Assembly: GCA_051439505.1 (NCBI GenBank)
Contig: JBFRWI010000060.1
Span: forward strand, 1-33,515
Direction of reading: 5' to 3'
Origin: Hormoscilla sp.
GTDB lineage: Bacteria > Cyanobacteriota > Cyanobacteriia > Cyanobacteriales > Desertifilaceae
Length of the DNA stretch: 33,515 bases
Part shown: piece by piece, positions 1 through 9,149 of the stretch
Layout of the letters: the number at the start of each line of letters is the position of its first letter
How positions within the stretch are numbered: the stretch's first letter is position 1
The notes under the pieces: model-generated
What the model was told of the DNA's origin: nothing
Databases searched by the model: none
The model's input: only the letters and a program-made list of their open reading frames with translations
Translations under genes and position numbers: made by a program

Positions 1-365
1 CCCTGCTGCTTTAAGTAATTACCCAGATTAAGCAAAGATAGCACGTAAGCTTCAAACCCTAGTAAAATGAACAGGGTATACAGGGGAATGAGCACCAGGG
101 TTACGATCCACACGGAGTAATTTTGGCGAATATCTTCAATTAGGTGAATGGTATCGGTTAACACGTAGGGGGCGTTGGGCAAAAAGGCGACAAAAACCAA
201 GCATACTGCCCACCATAACAGCGATCGGGACCTGGTGGAGCGGAAAAGCCAGAAACTTAGGCACAATGGGATAAAGGCCAAAAACAGATTCCAACCCATC
301 CAGGGACTATTTTTCAGGATAATATCCCAGGCCAAGGCGATCGGGTTAAACAGTTGCACTTTCAT
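1..365 (-). CDS. DUF1361-family membrane protein, 5' part (runs off the window; absent from the ORF track)
   Basis: Hand translation from the ATG at 365 is open to position 1: MKVQLFNPIALAWDIILKNSPWMGWNLFLAFIPLCLSFWLFRS...FLPNAPYVLTDTIHL... The WNLFLAFIP and FLPNAPY.LTD..H motifs match DUF1361; several hydrophobic segments. Confidence 0.85.
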   Translation of the reverse strand, partial: MKVQLFNPIALAWDIILKNSPWMGWNLFLAFIPLCLSFWLFRSTRSRSLLWWAVCLVFVAFLPNAPYVLTDTIHLIEDIRQNYSVWIVTLVLIPLYTLFILLGFEAYVLSLLNLGNYLKQQ

Positions 366-550
366 GTTATGGCTTAAAGTAGTAGTCTGCTAATCCCAAT
401 ATAGCGACTAGCTGGCTAGGTGGTTGTTTGGTGATTTTTCCGGAACGGTGGATCCCTGGGGGAGTTGGTATAAATTTTTGTGAAATTCCTGGCTCAACGG
501 GTTATACTGGAGGAAAGCATGAAAGTGCAGACTAGGGCTGCAATAGAGCG

Positions 551-1687
551 ATGAAACATGATAACCGGCTCCCGGCATCGATCCGTTACTCCTTGGCAAG
601 ACTGCGCCCTTTAATGAGTCCGGGATTTTGGGGCTCGACAGCAATGCTGTTATTGGCGGTGCTAGCGGTCTGGGAAGTAGGAAAAAATCCAGATGCCATC
701 AGGTCTTGGCTCCAGAATTCCGACTCGTCCGATGTAGAACTGGAACTGTTAGCAGATGAGGAAATAGAAGGAGATTCGATAACTGCTACATCGGAACTGT
801 CGGCGGCAGAAAGGGCGATGGCCGAGGTAGATGAATTGGAGAGATTAATTAAGGAGTTAGATATCAATATTACAGTAAATCCCGAAAAACCGCAATCAAA
901 AAGTCGCGCTTCATCCCGTCAGAAACCATCTGGGACCAGTTCATTAACTTTAGATCCTCAATTCCAGGACCAATTAGTTTCTACCGATGAGTTGACGTAC
1001 CCTGGGGTTGCAGAAGGGACAACAGATGCGTCAAAACTACCAGACACCGGATTCTATAATCCAGAAATGTCGATCGATAGAACCAAGCCGAAAGATCGGA
1101 ATCTACCAGTGCATCCGCTAAAGTCAGCATTAGAGAGACGACTTTCAACTAACTCGACACCGGGGCGATCGCAAACACCGGTGCTGCCAAAACCAGAAGT
1201 AAGACCCGACCAATTGAGACCTAGTGCCTACGGTGCGATCGTACCATCCCAGTCAGACTCGAAGCAATTGAGACCTAGTGCCTATGGCACAAAGCTGAGA
1301 CCCCAGTCACCATCCACATCGGACCAATTAAGACCTAGTGCTTATGGGGCGATCGCACCTGAAGTCTTACCATCGCCATCAGCTGTCGGGAGGCCGGAGA
1401 CCCCAGGCCCAAGTACCTATACTCCCGTGCCGATCGATTCCTACAATTATGTGATGCAAACACCCCCAGGCGGTGGCCCAGCTGTGCCATACTTAATTGC
1501 GCCTGTGGGCCGTCCAGGTCTGATCCCACAACCGGGGTTGCCTAATCCTAACCCAGGAGTCGCTAACAATTTATATAATCAACCACAGCAGCAACCGTTG
1601 ACAACCCCAGCCTCTTTGTCTAACTCCACTCAAGAACAGACAAATCGCCGAGATGGAGATCCATTCGATTGGTTCTTTAATCCCTAG
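551..1687 (+). CDS. Hypothetical protein with N-terminal hydrophobic anchor and Pro/Ser-rich tail carrying three QLRPSAYG repeats
   Basis: 378-aa ORF; hydrophobic stretch TAMLLLAVLAVW, acidic helical region, then low-complexity P/S/T tail. Confidence 0.8.
   Translation: MKHDNRLPASIRYSLARLRPLMSPGFWGSTAMLLLAVLAVWEVGKNPDAIRSWLQNSDSSDVELELLADEEIEGDSITATSELSAAERAMAEVDELERLIKELDINITVNPEKPQSKSRASSRQKPSGTSSLTLDPQFQDQLVSTDELTYPGVAEGTTDASKLPDTGFYNPEMSIDRTKPKDRNLPVHPLKSALERRLSTNSTPGRSQTPVLPKPEVRPDQLRPSAYGAIVPSQSDSKQLRPSAYGTKLRPQSPSTSDQLRPSAYGAIAPEVLPSPSAVGRPETPGPSTYTPVPIDSYNYVMQTPPGGGPAVPYLIAPVGRPGLIPQPGLPNPNPGVANNLYNQPQQQPLTTPASLSNSTQEQTNRRDGDPFDWFFNP
1208..1354 (+). repeat. Three intragenic direct repeats encoding (D/K)QLRPSAYG
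   Basis: Copies start at 1208, 1262 and 1322 with core caattRagacctagtgcYtaYgg. Confidence 0.9.
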
Positions 1688-1740
1688 GCTGTTTGTAGTT
1701 AAGGACTTTAGTTGGAACTGCTAACTTCGAGCGTTCCGTT

Positions 1741-1816
1741 TGTAGTAGGGTGTGGTCCTGCACCATCTGGTAAAAAAATACCACGCCCACTCATAGTGGG
1801 CGGTGCCCACCCTACG
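1741..1816. repeat. REP-like palindromic repeat (GTAG type)
   Basis: tgggcggtgcccaccctacg at 1797-1816 is identical to 12545-12564 (minus strand reads CGTAGGGTGGGCACCGCCCA). The upstream gtggtcctgcaccatctggta...taccacgcccactcatagtgggcggtg resembles 14206-14284. Confidence 0.75.
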
Positions 1817-2047
1817 ATCACACTACATCTGGGTGCAATTTAATTGCCAGAATATACAGAACTTTAATAAATTAGAGGGCCGACCCTTGACAAGCAGGTA
1901 GGATATGGTTATGATAGAAGTATAGGAAAAACCAGCCGCTTGCAGTGAGCGGAGTCGAACTGCCGGGCTCGTTGACAAGGAAAAAATGGCCGAGAGGAAG
2001 AAATGCAGGAGAAAAGAGTAGAAAAAGAATTAAAAAAGGGGAAAACC

Positions 2048-4426
2048 ATGAATTTATTAGAGTGGAACCCGGAGGAGACGGTAAATCTGACTAATTGCGA
2101 TCGCGAACCGATCCATATTCCGGGCCACATTCAGCCCCACGGCATCCTGTTTGTCCTCTCGGAACCTGACCTGCGGATCGAGCAAGTCAGCAACACGACA
2201 ACGGCGATCCTCGGCATCCCCCCCCAGGAAATGCTGGGACAACGCCTAAAAACCTGGATGTCACCCGCAACAATGGCGAAAATTCCGCCAGCACTAGCAA
2301 CAGCAGGGGATTTTGCCCACCTCAACCCCCTGAAGGCGGAACTGCAAATCTCTCAAAAGGTTTTGACATTTAATGGCATCGTTCACCGATCGCCACAGGA
2401 CAAGATAATCCTGGAACTAGAACCACGCACCTTTTCCGAAGAGAATCCCTTTTTCCAGTTTTACAAACTTACTAAGGGAATCCTCGGGCAGATGCAACGG
2501 GCAACTAACCTCACGGAACTATGCCATCTGACAGTGGCAGAAGTGCGAAAACTTACCGGGTTCGATCGGGTGATGATCTATAGGTTTGCCCCGGATGGTT
2601 CTGGTGAGGTCATTGCCGAAGACAAACTGGCAGAAATAGAACCATATTTAGGACTGCATTATCCAGACACGGACATTCCCAAACAGGCAAAACATCTCTA
2701 TTGCTTCAACTGGTTGCGGTTGATTCCCGATGTGGACTACCAACCCGCCGCCCCCATCCTCATGGCATCCCCAGAGGAAACAGCAGTGGCAGAGACAGCA
2801 GTATTTTCTCCGTCAAGTCTCGACCTGAGTTATACGGTTCTCCGTAGCGTTTCTAGCATTCACATTGAGTACCTGAAAAATATGGGCGTCGGGGCCTCCA
2901 TGTCTATCTCTCTACAGAAGGAAGGTAAACTCTGGGGCCTGATTGCTTGTCACCACCTCACCCCCCGCTTTGTTTCCTACGAAATTCGCACGGTCTGCGA
3001 GTTCTTAGGACAGGTGATGTCTCTGGAATTGACATCCAAAGAGGAAAGGGAAAACCAGTCTGAGAAAATTAGTCTGAAGAAGATCCAGACTAAGTTTGTC
3101 GATCGCCTCTCTGCTGCTGATAATTTACTCGATGCCTTAGTGGGCACCGAAGAAGATCGGGCGACATTGCTAGAACTGGTAAATGCTGAAGGTGCCGTTG
3201 TTTGTCTCGATGGGGATTTTACCTACATCGGCAAAACCCCTAACTCAGCAGAGATTCGCGACCTGCTAGTTGGCTTAGAAGACAAATTCCAGCAGCATTT
3301 GTTCGTTACCGATCGCCTGCCCCACCTGTATCCCCAGGCAGCAGAATTTCAAGAAGTAGCTAGCGGACTGTTAGCACTTGAGATCGCCAAGGTGCAGCAA
3401 AACTATATACTCTGGTTTCGTCCGGAGATTCTGCAACAAGTTACCTGGGCAGGGAACCCCAACAAAAACAAGCGCCTGGAAGAAGATGGCACCGTGACTC
3501 TCTCGCCTCGCGAGTCCTTTGCCCAATGGCAGGAGACGGTCTATCAAACATCTCTGAACTGGCAACCCTGGGAAATTGAAGGGGCCGTGGAACTCCGCAG
3601 CGCGATCGTCAGCATTATGCTGCGCAAAGCTGAAGAAATGACTGCCATTAACCGGGAACTAGAACGTAGCAATATCGAACTAGATGCCTTTGCCTATATC
3701 GCCTCCCACGACCTCAAGGAACCCCTGCGCGGCATTCACAATTACTCCACCTTTCTGTTAGAAGACTATAGCAATGTTCTGGATGCAGAGGGAGTTGATA
3801 AACTGGAGACCCTGGTGCGCCTGACTAAGCGCATGGAAGACCTGATCGAGTCTCTGCTGCATTTTTCTCGCCTGGGACGACAGGATTTGAATTTGCAATT
3901 CCTCGACTTGAATGCTTTAGTCAAAAATGTTATGGAAGTGATATCCATGAGTAAGGTAGAGGAGAACGTCGAAGTTCGCATTCCTCGTCCCCTGCCTCAA
4001 GTATGGGGCGATCGGGTGATGATTGAAGAACTGCTAACGAACCTAATTGGCAATGCAATAAAATACAACAATAGAGCAGAAAAATGGGTGGAAATTGGCT
4101 ATAAAGATGAGAGAGAATCCTTACCCCCAGTCAACTATAACTCAGAAGGACATTATTGGCAAAGCTTTTACATTCGGGATAACGGCATCGGCATCCGAGA
4201 AAAACACCTGGATAGTATATTCCGCATCTTCAAACGGTTGCACGGTCAAAATAAGTATGGTGGCGGTACTGGGGCCGGGTTAACCATTGTCAAGAAAATT
4301 GTCGAACGTCATGGTGGTAAGATTAGAGTCGAGTCAGTTTACGGTGAAGGCAGCACATTTTATTTCACATTACCCCAAAAAAAAGATGAATCAAAAAAAC
4401 AAAATAATTCTAGTTGTAGAAGATAG
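2048..4426 (+). CDS. cphB: Bacteriophytochrome-type (CphB/AphB-like) PAS-GAF-PHY histidine kinase
   Basis: N-terminal LTNCDREPIHIPGHIQPHG carries the biliverdin-binding Cys. GAF has the DIP motif (DTDIP) and LRSVSSIHIEYL, lacking the Cph1-type Cys. PHY tongue LSPRESF; H-box SHDLKEPLR; HATPase G boxes. ATG at 2048 follows AAGGGG (ORF-track start is 2003). Confidence 0.92.
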   Translation: MNLLEWNPEETVNLTNCDREPIHIPGHIQPHGILFVLSEPDLRIEQVSNTTTAILGIPPQEMLGQRLKTWMSPATMAKIPPALATAGDFAHLNPLKAELQISQKVLTFNGIVHRSPQDKIILELEPRTFSEENPFFQFYKLTKGILGQMQRATNLTELCHLTVAEVRKLTGFDRVMIYRFAPDGSGEVIAEDKLAEIEPYLGLHYPDTDIPKQAKHLYCFNWLRLIPDVDYQPAAPILMASPEETAVAETAVFSPSSLDLSYTVLRSVSSIHIEYLKNMGVGASMSISLQKEGKLWGLIACHHLTPRFVSYEIRTVCEFLGQVMSLELTSKEERENQSEKISLKKIQTKFVDRLSAADNLLDALVGTEEDRATLLELVNAEGAVVCLDGDFTYIGKTPNSAEIRDLLVGLEDKFQQHLFVTDRLPHLYPQAAEFQEVASGLLALEIAKVQQNYILWFRPEILQQVTWAGNPNKNKRLEEDGTVTLSPRESFAQWQETVYQTSLNWQPWEIEGAVELRSAIVSIMLRKAEEMTAINRELERSNIELDAFAYIASHDLKEPLRGIHNYSTFLLEDYSNVLDAEGVDKLETLVRLTKRMEDLIESLLHFSRLGRQDLNLQFLDLNALVKNVMEVISMSKVEENVEVRIPRPLPQVWGDRVMIEELLTNLIGNAIKYNNRAEKWVEIGYKDERESLPPVNYNSEGHYWQSFYIRDNGIGIREKHLDSIFRIFKRLHGQNKYGGGTGAGLTIVKKIVERHGGKIRVESVYGEGSTFYFTLPQKKDESKKQNNSSCRR

Positions 4427-4841
4427 CGACGAAGATTTTACTGCCTTCACCCGGATAATGCAGGAATTGGACAGTCCTCACCAAATTACTCGTGTTGAGG
4501 ATGGGGATGAGGTACTCGACTATCTCTACCACGAAGGTGCTTATGCTGACCCCAAGACTGCTCCCCGTCCTGCTATTATTTTGATGGACTTAAATCTGCC
4601 GGGAACCGATGGACGAGAAGTTATCCAACAAGTCAAGCAGGACGATCGCCTCAAAGATATTCCGATCGTCGCTTTTACTACATCCTCTAAGGCCAGAGAT
4701 ATTGAAGATTGTTACAACTATGGAGTCAATAGTTACATGCTTAAACCCATGGGAGTTACCCTGTTGAGGGAAACCATTCGAGAATTGTTTGATTACTGGT
4801 TTAAATATGCTGTCCTGCCTAGCGAACGGGATCAAATTTGA
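4386..4841 (+). CDS. rcpB: Phytochrome-cognate single-domain response regulator (Rcp/RcpB-like)
   Basis: MNQKNKIILVVEDS...RPAIILMDLNLPGTDG...FTTS...NSYMLKP...YWF, typical of phytochrome-associated regulators. Overlaps the phytochrome 3' end by 41 nt. Confidence 0.88.
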   Translation: MNQKNKIILVVEDSDEDFTAFTRIMQELDSPHQITRVEDGDEVLDYLYHEGAYADPKTAPRPAIILMDLNLPGTDGREVIQQVKQDDRLKDIPIVAFTTSSKARDIEDCYNYGVNSYMLKPMGVTLLRETIRELFDYWFKYAVLPSERDQI

Positions 4842-4861
4842 ACAATTGAGATTAGCCTCAT

Positions 4862-5074
4862 GGCCCGCCGGGGGTTAAAAGATGCTGTGGGCGAATTACC
4901 AGATCATACGCTATAAGCAGGGAGCAGGGAGCAGGGAGCAGGGAGAGGGGAGAGGGGTGAAATCATTGATTTCTCGTGGTTGGGGAGAATTGGGGGGTGG
5001 AACCCCCCAGTTAATTACCCCACAGTATCTTAAAACCCAAGGGCTTTTAGCTAAAGTGGGTTAAAACCCACTAG
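4862..5074 (-). repeat. REP-like double-hairpin unit (family A), interrupted by MITE-1
   Basis: With the insert removed it reads ggcccgccgggggttaaaacccaagggcttttagctaaagtgggttaaaacccactag, a near reverse complement of 6036-6092. Confidence 0.85.
4880..5030. mobile_element. MITE-1 copy 1 (151 bp, imperfect 19-bp TIRs, 4-bp TSD TAAA)
   Basis: Ends agatgctgtgggcgaatta / taattaccccacagtatct (16/19 inverted match). TAAA at 4876-4879 and 5031-5034. Internal (AGCAGGG)x4. Confidence 0.85.
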
Positions 5075-5140
5075 ATGTCTTGTCTATTTAGTAGGCTTGT
5101 CAGCCCTGGAAACAGAATAGCTAGCCCGCAGGCCAGCTAA

Positions 5141-5214
5141 AATATTTGGCTTCGTTATTCCGGGCGATCGCGCGAAACTGTTTGTTATCATATTGGGGAG
5201 GGGAGAATAAAGAT
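5141..5214 (+). repeat. 74-bp direct repeat, copy 1 (duplicate of the transposase leader)
   Basis: 73/74 identical to 5476-5549. Confidence 0.9.
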
Positions 5215-5304
5215 GATATCAATTGATGTTGAGCGAGAATGAGGTTCAAACCCCTTAGCTGCGCTGTTATCGCCGGTGGTAAAAACATCTTCGCTGCGCT
5301 GTTA

Positions 5305-5360
5305 GCCCGCCGTGGGTTAAAACCCACGGCTAATAGCTAAAGTGGGTTAAAACCCACTAA
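5305..5360 (-). repeat. REP-like unit (family A), uninterrupted
   Basis: gccgtgggttaaaacccacggc and agtgggttaaaacccact hairpins separated by taatagctaa. Confidence 0.85.
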
Positions 5361-5386
5361 AAGCATTATCAGATGCGCGTTTTACC

Positions 5387-5436
5387 CTCGTTTCCACAGG
5401 CGACCCCTGGGAACGCGCGGCGCGAGGCGGAGCCTC
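5387..5436. repeat. REP-like unit (family B)
   Basis: ctcgtttccacaggcgacccctgggaacg...gaggcggagcctc resembles gaggcagagcctc...ctcgttcccaggctccgcctgggaacgag at about 14310-14357. Confidence 0.65.
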
Positions 5437-5475
5437 AGTTGCGACTGGTGCAAGATATGAGTTAAAATCGACGAC

Positions 5476-5549
5476 AATATTTGGCTTCGTTATTCCGGGC
5501 GATCGCGCGAAAATGTTTGTTATCATATTGGGGAGGGGAGAATAAAGAT
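5476..5549 (+). repeat. 74-bp direct repeat, copy 2; contains the purine-rich RBS of the transposase
   Basis: Ends GGGGAGGGGAGAATAAAGAT, one base before the ATG at 5551. Confidence 0.9.
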
Positions 5550-5550
5550 T

Positions 5551-5997
5551 ATGGCTTTATGGCGACTATATTATCATCTGGTTTGGGCAACCAAGCAGCG
5601 TCAGCCTCTGATCGATCCCAAGCAAGAACCGGAACTTTACAATTATATAATTGGTAAAGCTGACTCCCTCAATTGTATTGCCCATGTGATCGTTGGGATA
5701 GAAGATCATATTCATTTGGTGGTTTCTATACCTCCCAAGCTATCTATAGCGGATTTTGTCAAAAACATCAAAGGAAGCAGTGCCTATCATATGAATCATT
5801 TGGATCCAGGACCGAAAAAATTTGCCTGGCAAGACGGCTATGGTGTGTTTTCTATGGGAACGCAACAACTGGATACGGCGATCGCCTACGTGCAAAAGCA
5901 GAAAGAACATCATTCTCAAGGGACGGAAATAGCATCTTTAGAAAAAATGACCCATCTAGACGATCGCCCACAGCGCCAGGGGTTTAACTTCCATTAA
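5551..5997 (+). CDS. tnpA: IS200/IS605-family Y1 HUH transposase, probably REP-associated (RAYT/TnpA-REP-like)
   Basis: YHLVWATKQR, HUH motif DHIHL, KNIKGSS, WQDGY, catalytic Y..KQKEHH. No tnpB. Flanked by inverted REP-like units. Confidence 0.9.
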   Translation: MALWRLYYHLVWATKQRQPLIDPKQEPELYNYIIGKADSLNCIAHVIVGIEDHIHLVVSIPPKLSIADFVKNIKGSSAYHMNHLDPGPKKFAWQDGYGVFSMGTQQLDTAIAYVQKQKEHHSQGTEIASLEKMTHLDDRPQRQGFNFH

Positions 5998-6035
5998 TTA
6001 CCATCAAAGGTAAACAACTCCCTCAGAAAAAATCT

Positions 6036-6099
6036 CTAGTCGGTTTTAACCGACTTCAGCTATTAGCCGGGGGTTTGAACCCCCGGCGGGCCAGGAGAC
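6036..6099 (+). repeat. REP-like unit (family A), uninterrupted; shows the empty target site of MITE-1
   Basis: ctagtcggttttaaccgact-tcagctatta-gccgggggtttgaacccccggc-gggccaggagac. Confidence 0.88.
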
Positions 6100-6130
6100 G
6101 AATTGACTGTAGTTTTTGAGGCTATTATTA

Positions 6131-9100
6131 ATGACAAATCCCATCACAGTTATGATAGTTGAGGACTCCCCAGAAGACCGGGACATGTACCGCCGGTTTC
6201 TAACTAGGGACAACCCCAACAGGTATAAAATCTTAGAATTTGAGTCTGGTTCTGAGGCAATTGACTGGTGCTTGCATTCCTGTCCCGTTAACGAAACTCC
6301 GCCCGACCTGATCCTGTTGGACTACAATTTGCCGGATATGAATGGACTGGAGTTTATGCTGGAACTCAATTTAGAGCAAAAGAATAACTGTAGCAACTGG
6401 CATCGTCAGATTCCAGTCATCTTGCTGACGGGACAGGGAAGTGAAGAAATTGCCGTCCAGGCAATGAAAATGGGAGCTGAAGACTACCTGGTTAAAGGTC
6501 AACTTACCCGGGAGAAACTGTGCAGTGTCATCAACATAGTGCTGAAGCAGATGGCGGTACAGTATGAACTTCAGCAAGCAGAAAAGCAGCAGCAGTTAGT
6601 GGCCAGCACGGCCTTGAAAATTCGCCAGTCGGTCAAGTTAGAAACAGTGTTGCAAATCACGGTGTCGGAAGTGCAGCAGTTACTCCAGGCAGACCGAGTC
6701 CTAGTTTACCGGTTCAACCCGAATATGAGCGGTAAAATTGTTGCTGAAGCAGTGGTCCCTCCCTGGACTAGCTGCTTGCATTTTGATTTTGAAGATACTT
6801 GTTTTCCCAAAAATATTCGAGGTGAATATCGGGAAGGTAAGAAGTGGGTGGTGCCCGATATTTACAAAGCTTCCTTGACTGATTGCCATTTGGAAATGCT
6901 CTCACAGTTTGAAGTTAAGGCGATTTTAGTAGTGCCGATCGTGGTGCAAGATGACAATAATTCAGATCGCCTTTGGGGGTTACTGATTTCCCACCAATGT
7001 TCCGGACCTCACCAATGGGAAGCTTGGGAAGTGGAGACGATCGAGCAACTGGCGGTGCAGATAGAAATCGCGGTTCAACAGGCGGAACTTTATAAAAAAC
7101 TGGAAAATAAAGTTGCGGAAAACAGGGAGGCCCTAGCAGCGCGAAAACTGGTGGAAGCTCAATTACGTAAAAGTGAAGCACATTTAGCAGCCGCTCTGCG
7201 TATTGCTAATGTTGGCAGTTGGGAATTTAACCTGCTAACTAGGTCCATTAGTTTGTCAGCCGAAACCTTGAGAATTTTCGGGCGCAACCCGAACCAGGGC
7301 GCACCTACCTACAAACAATTGCGCCAATACCTGCACCCGATGGACCGCTCTCGCCACGATCGAGCTGTCAAGCAGGCAGCGGAAAAGGGACAACCCTACG
7401 CGATCGAATTTCGCTTTCATCGGGATGATGGCAGTTTGGGTTACGCCCAGACCCGGGGAGAAGTAATTAGGGATGCTAGGGGAAACCCAGTGCAATTGTT
7501 GGGCACGGTCCTGGATATTACTAATCTCAAACAGACGTCCCAACAACTGCAAGCCCTTTCCGATCGCCTGAGTTTGGCAGTCAAGTCAGGGGCGATCGGG
7601 ATCTGGGAATGGGATGTTCTGTCCGAAGAACTGATCTGGGACGATCGCATGTACGAACTGTATGGGATGGGTAAAGGTGATTTTACTCCAACATATCAGG
7701 GATGGTTGCAGTGCTTGCATCCAGACGATCGGGGTGAAGCTGATGCCGCAATTCAAAAAGCTTTGGCAGGTGAAAAAGAATTCGATACCGAGTTTAGAGT
7801 TGTTCACCCCAATGGTACCGTGAGATTTTTGAAAGCTTACGGTACCATCAAGTATAATGGGCAAAGGGAACTCCAAGGGATGATTGGCATCAAGTTCGAT
7901 ATCAGCGATCGCAAGGAAAGGGAAACCCAACTACGCCAGACCAACGAACAATTGACTCGTGTCAATGACGAACTGGCCCGGGCCACCCGCCTGAAAGACG
8001 AATTTCTGGCGAACATGTCTCACGAACTGCGCACTCCCCTGAATGCCATTCTCGGCCTGTCCGAGGGTTTGCAAGAGCAAGTGTTCGGGACGTTGAACGA
8101 TCGGCAGCTCCAGACAATAGGTACAATCGATCGCAGTGGCAAGCATCTGCTAGAATTGATTAACGATATCCTCGACCTCTCGAAAATCGAGTCGGGGAAA
8201 ATGGAACTGGAAATTACGGAGGTGACGGTTAAGTATCTCTGCGAGAACAGCATGACTTTCGTGCGGCAAATGGCAAAGAAAAAAAACATCCATCTTAGCA
8301 GTCGCATTGGCGACAGATTAGACAGTATCCAGTTGGACGAACGGCGCATGCGCCAGTTATTGATCAATTTGCTTTCCAATGGGGTAAAATTTACGCCATC
8401 GGGTGGGTCTGTAATTTTAGAAGTCCAGTTAGAAACAAATGAAAATTCGTCATCGGAACCAGTGGTAGCTTTCTCTGTACGGGACACTGGTATAGGTATT
8501 GCTAAGGAAAACATGGACAAGGTGTTTGCAACCTTCGTGCAAATTGACAGCAGTCTTAACCGTCATCATGCGGGGACTGGTCTGGGACTGGCCCTGGTTA
8601 AACGCATTGCGGAACTACATGGAGGGTGGGTGTCGGTGGAAAGTGAGTTAGGTAAGGGTAGTTGTTTTACCGTGGGCATTCCCTACCGTTCTGACAAGGA
8701 ATTGACTGATGGTTTATCACCAGAAACTCAGGAGATGGTTTCTCTACCATCGACAAAGGAATTCCCAGAGGTGCGAAAAAATCCTTATATCCTGCTAGCA
8801 GAGGACAATGAGGCCAACGTTATCACCATCTCCAGCTATCTAGAAAATCGCGGTTATCGGATAATTGTTGCCAAAAATGGCAGGGAATCCCTTGACATAG
8901 CCACAAGAGAAATGCTAGACTTGATTTTGATGGACATTCAAATGCCGGAAATAGACGGACTGGAGGCCATTCGACAGATTCGTAGCCAACCCCAACTGGC
9001 AGATATCCCCATCATTGCCCTGACGGCCCTGGCCATGGCCAGCGATCGGGCCAAATGTCTAGAAGCGGGGGCCAATGAATACATGGCGAAACCCTTGCAG

Positions 9101-9145
9101 TTAAAGCAACTAGCAAATCAGATTCAGCAGTTGACCAAGAGATAA
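6131..9145 (+). CDS. Hybrid sensor kinase REC-GAF(DXCF cyanobacteriochrome)-PAS-PAS-HisKA-HATPase-REC
   Basis: N-terminal REC (LLDYNLP); GAF with EDTCF and DCHLEML; two PAS_3 (HPMDR, HPDDR); SHELRTPL; G boxes; C-terminal REC (LMDIQMP). Confidence 0.9.
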   Translation: MTNPITVMIVEDSPEDRDMYRRFLTRDNPNRYKILEFESGSEAIDWCLHSCPVNETPPDLILLDYNLPDMNGLEFMLELNLEQKNNCSNWHRQIPVILLTGQGSEEIAVQAMKMGAEDYLVKGQLTREKLCSVINIVLKQMAVQYELQQAEKQQQLVASTALKIRQSVKLETVLQITVSEVQQLLQADRVLVYRFNPNMSGKIVAEAVVPPWTSCLHFDFEDTCFPKNIRGEYREGKKWVVPDIYKASLTDCHLEMLSQFEVKAILVVPIVVQDDNNSDRLWGLLISHQCSGPHQWEAWEVETIEQLAVQIEIAVQQAELYKKLENKVAENREALAARKLVEAQLRKSEAHLAAALRIANVGSWEFNLLTRSISLSAETLRIFGRNPNQGAPTYKQLRQYLHPMDRSRHDRAVKQAAEKGQPYAIEFRFHRDDGSLGYAQTRGEVIRDARGNPVQLLGTVLDITNLKQTSQQLQALSDRLSLAVKSGAIGIWEWDVLSEELIWDDRMYELYGMGKGDFTPTYQGWLQCLHPDDRGEADAAIQKALAGEKEFDTEFRVVHPNGTVRFLKAYGTIKYNGQRELQGMIGIKFDISDRKERETQLRQTNEQLTRVNDELARATRLKDEFLANMSHELRTPLNAILGLSEGLQEQVFGTLNDRQLQTIGTIDRSGKHLLELINDILDLSKIESGKMELEITEVTVKYLCENSMTFVRQMAKKKNIHLSSRIGDRLDSIQLDERRMRQLLINLLSNGVKFTPSGGSVILEVQLETNENSSSEPVVAFSVRDTGIGIAKENMDKVFATFVQIDSSLNRHHAGTGLGLALVKRIAELHGGWVSVESELGKGSCFTVGIPYRSDKELTDGLSPETQEMVSLPSTKEFPEVRKNPYILLAEDNEANVITISSYLENRGYRIIVAKNGRESLDIATREMLDLILMDIQMPEIDGLEAIRQIRSQPQLADIPIIALTALAMASDRAKCLEAGANEYMAKPLQLKQLANQIQQLTKR

Positions 9146-9149
9146 GCAA

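Noticed and set aside
175..393. 72-aa plus-strand ORF
   Set aside because: Shadow of the DUF1361 gene on the minus strand.
4287..4385. Longer N-terminus of the response regulator in the ORF track
   Set aside because: Lies inside the phytochrome HATPase coding region; the REC domain starts at ATG 4386.
4882..5064. 60-aa ORF MLWANY..., and the similar ORF at 32504-32728
   Set aside because: Both are translations of MITE-1 and REP DNA; their similarity reflects the repeat, and there is no transposase motif.
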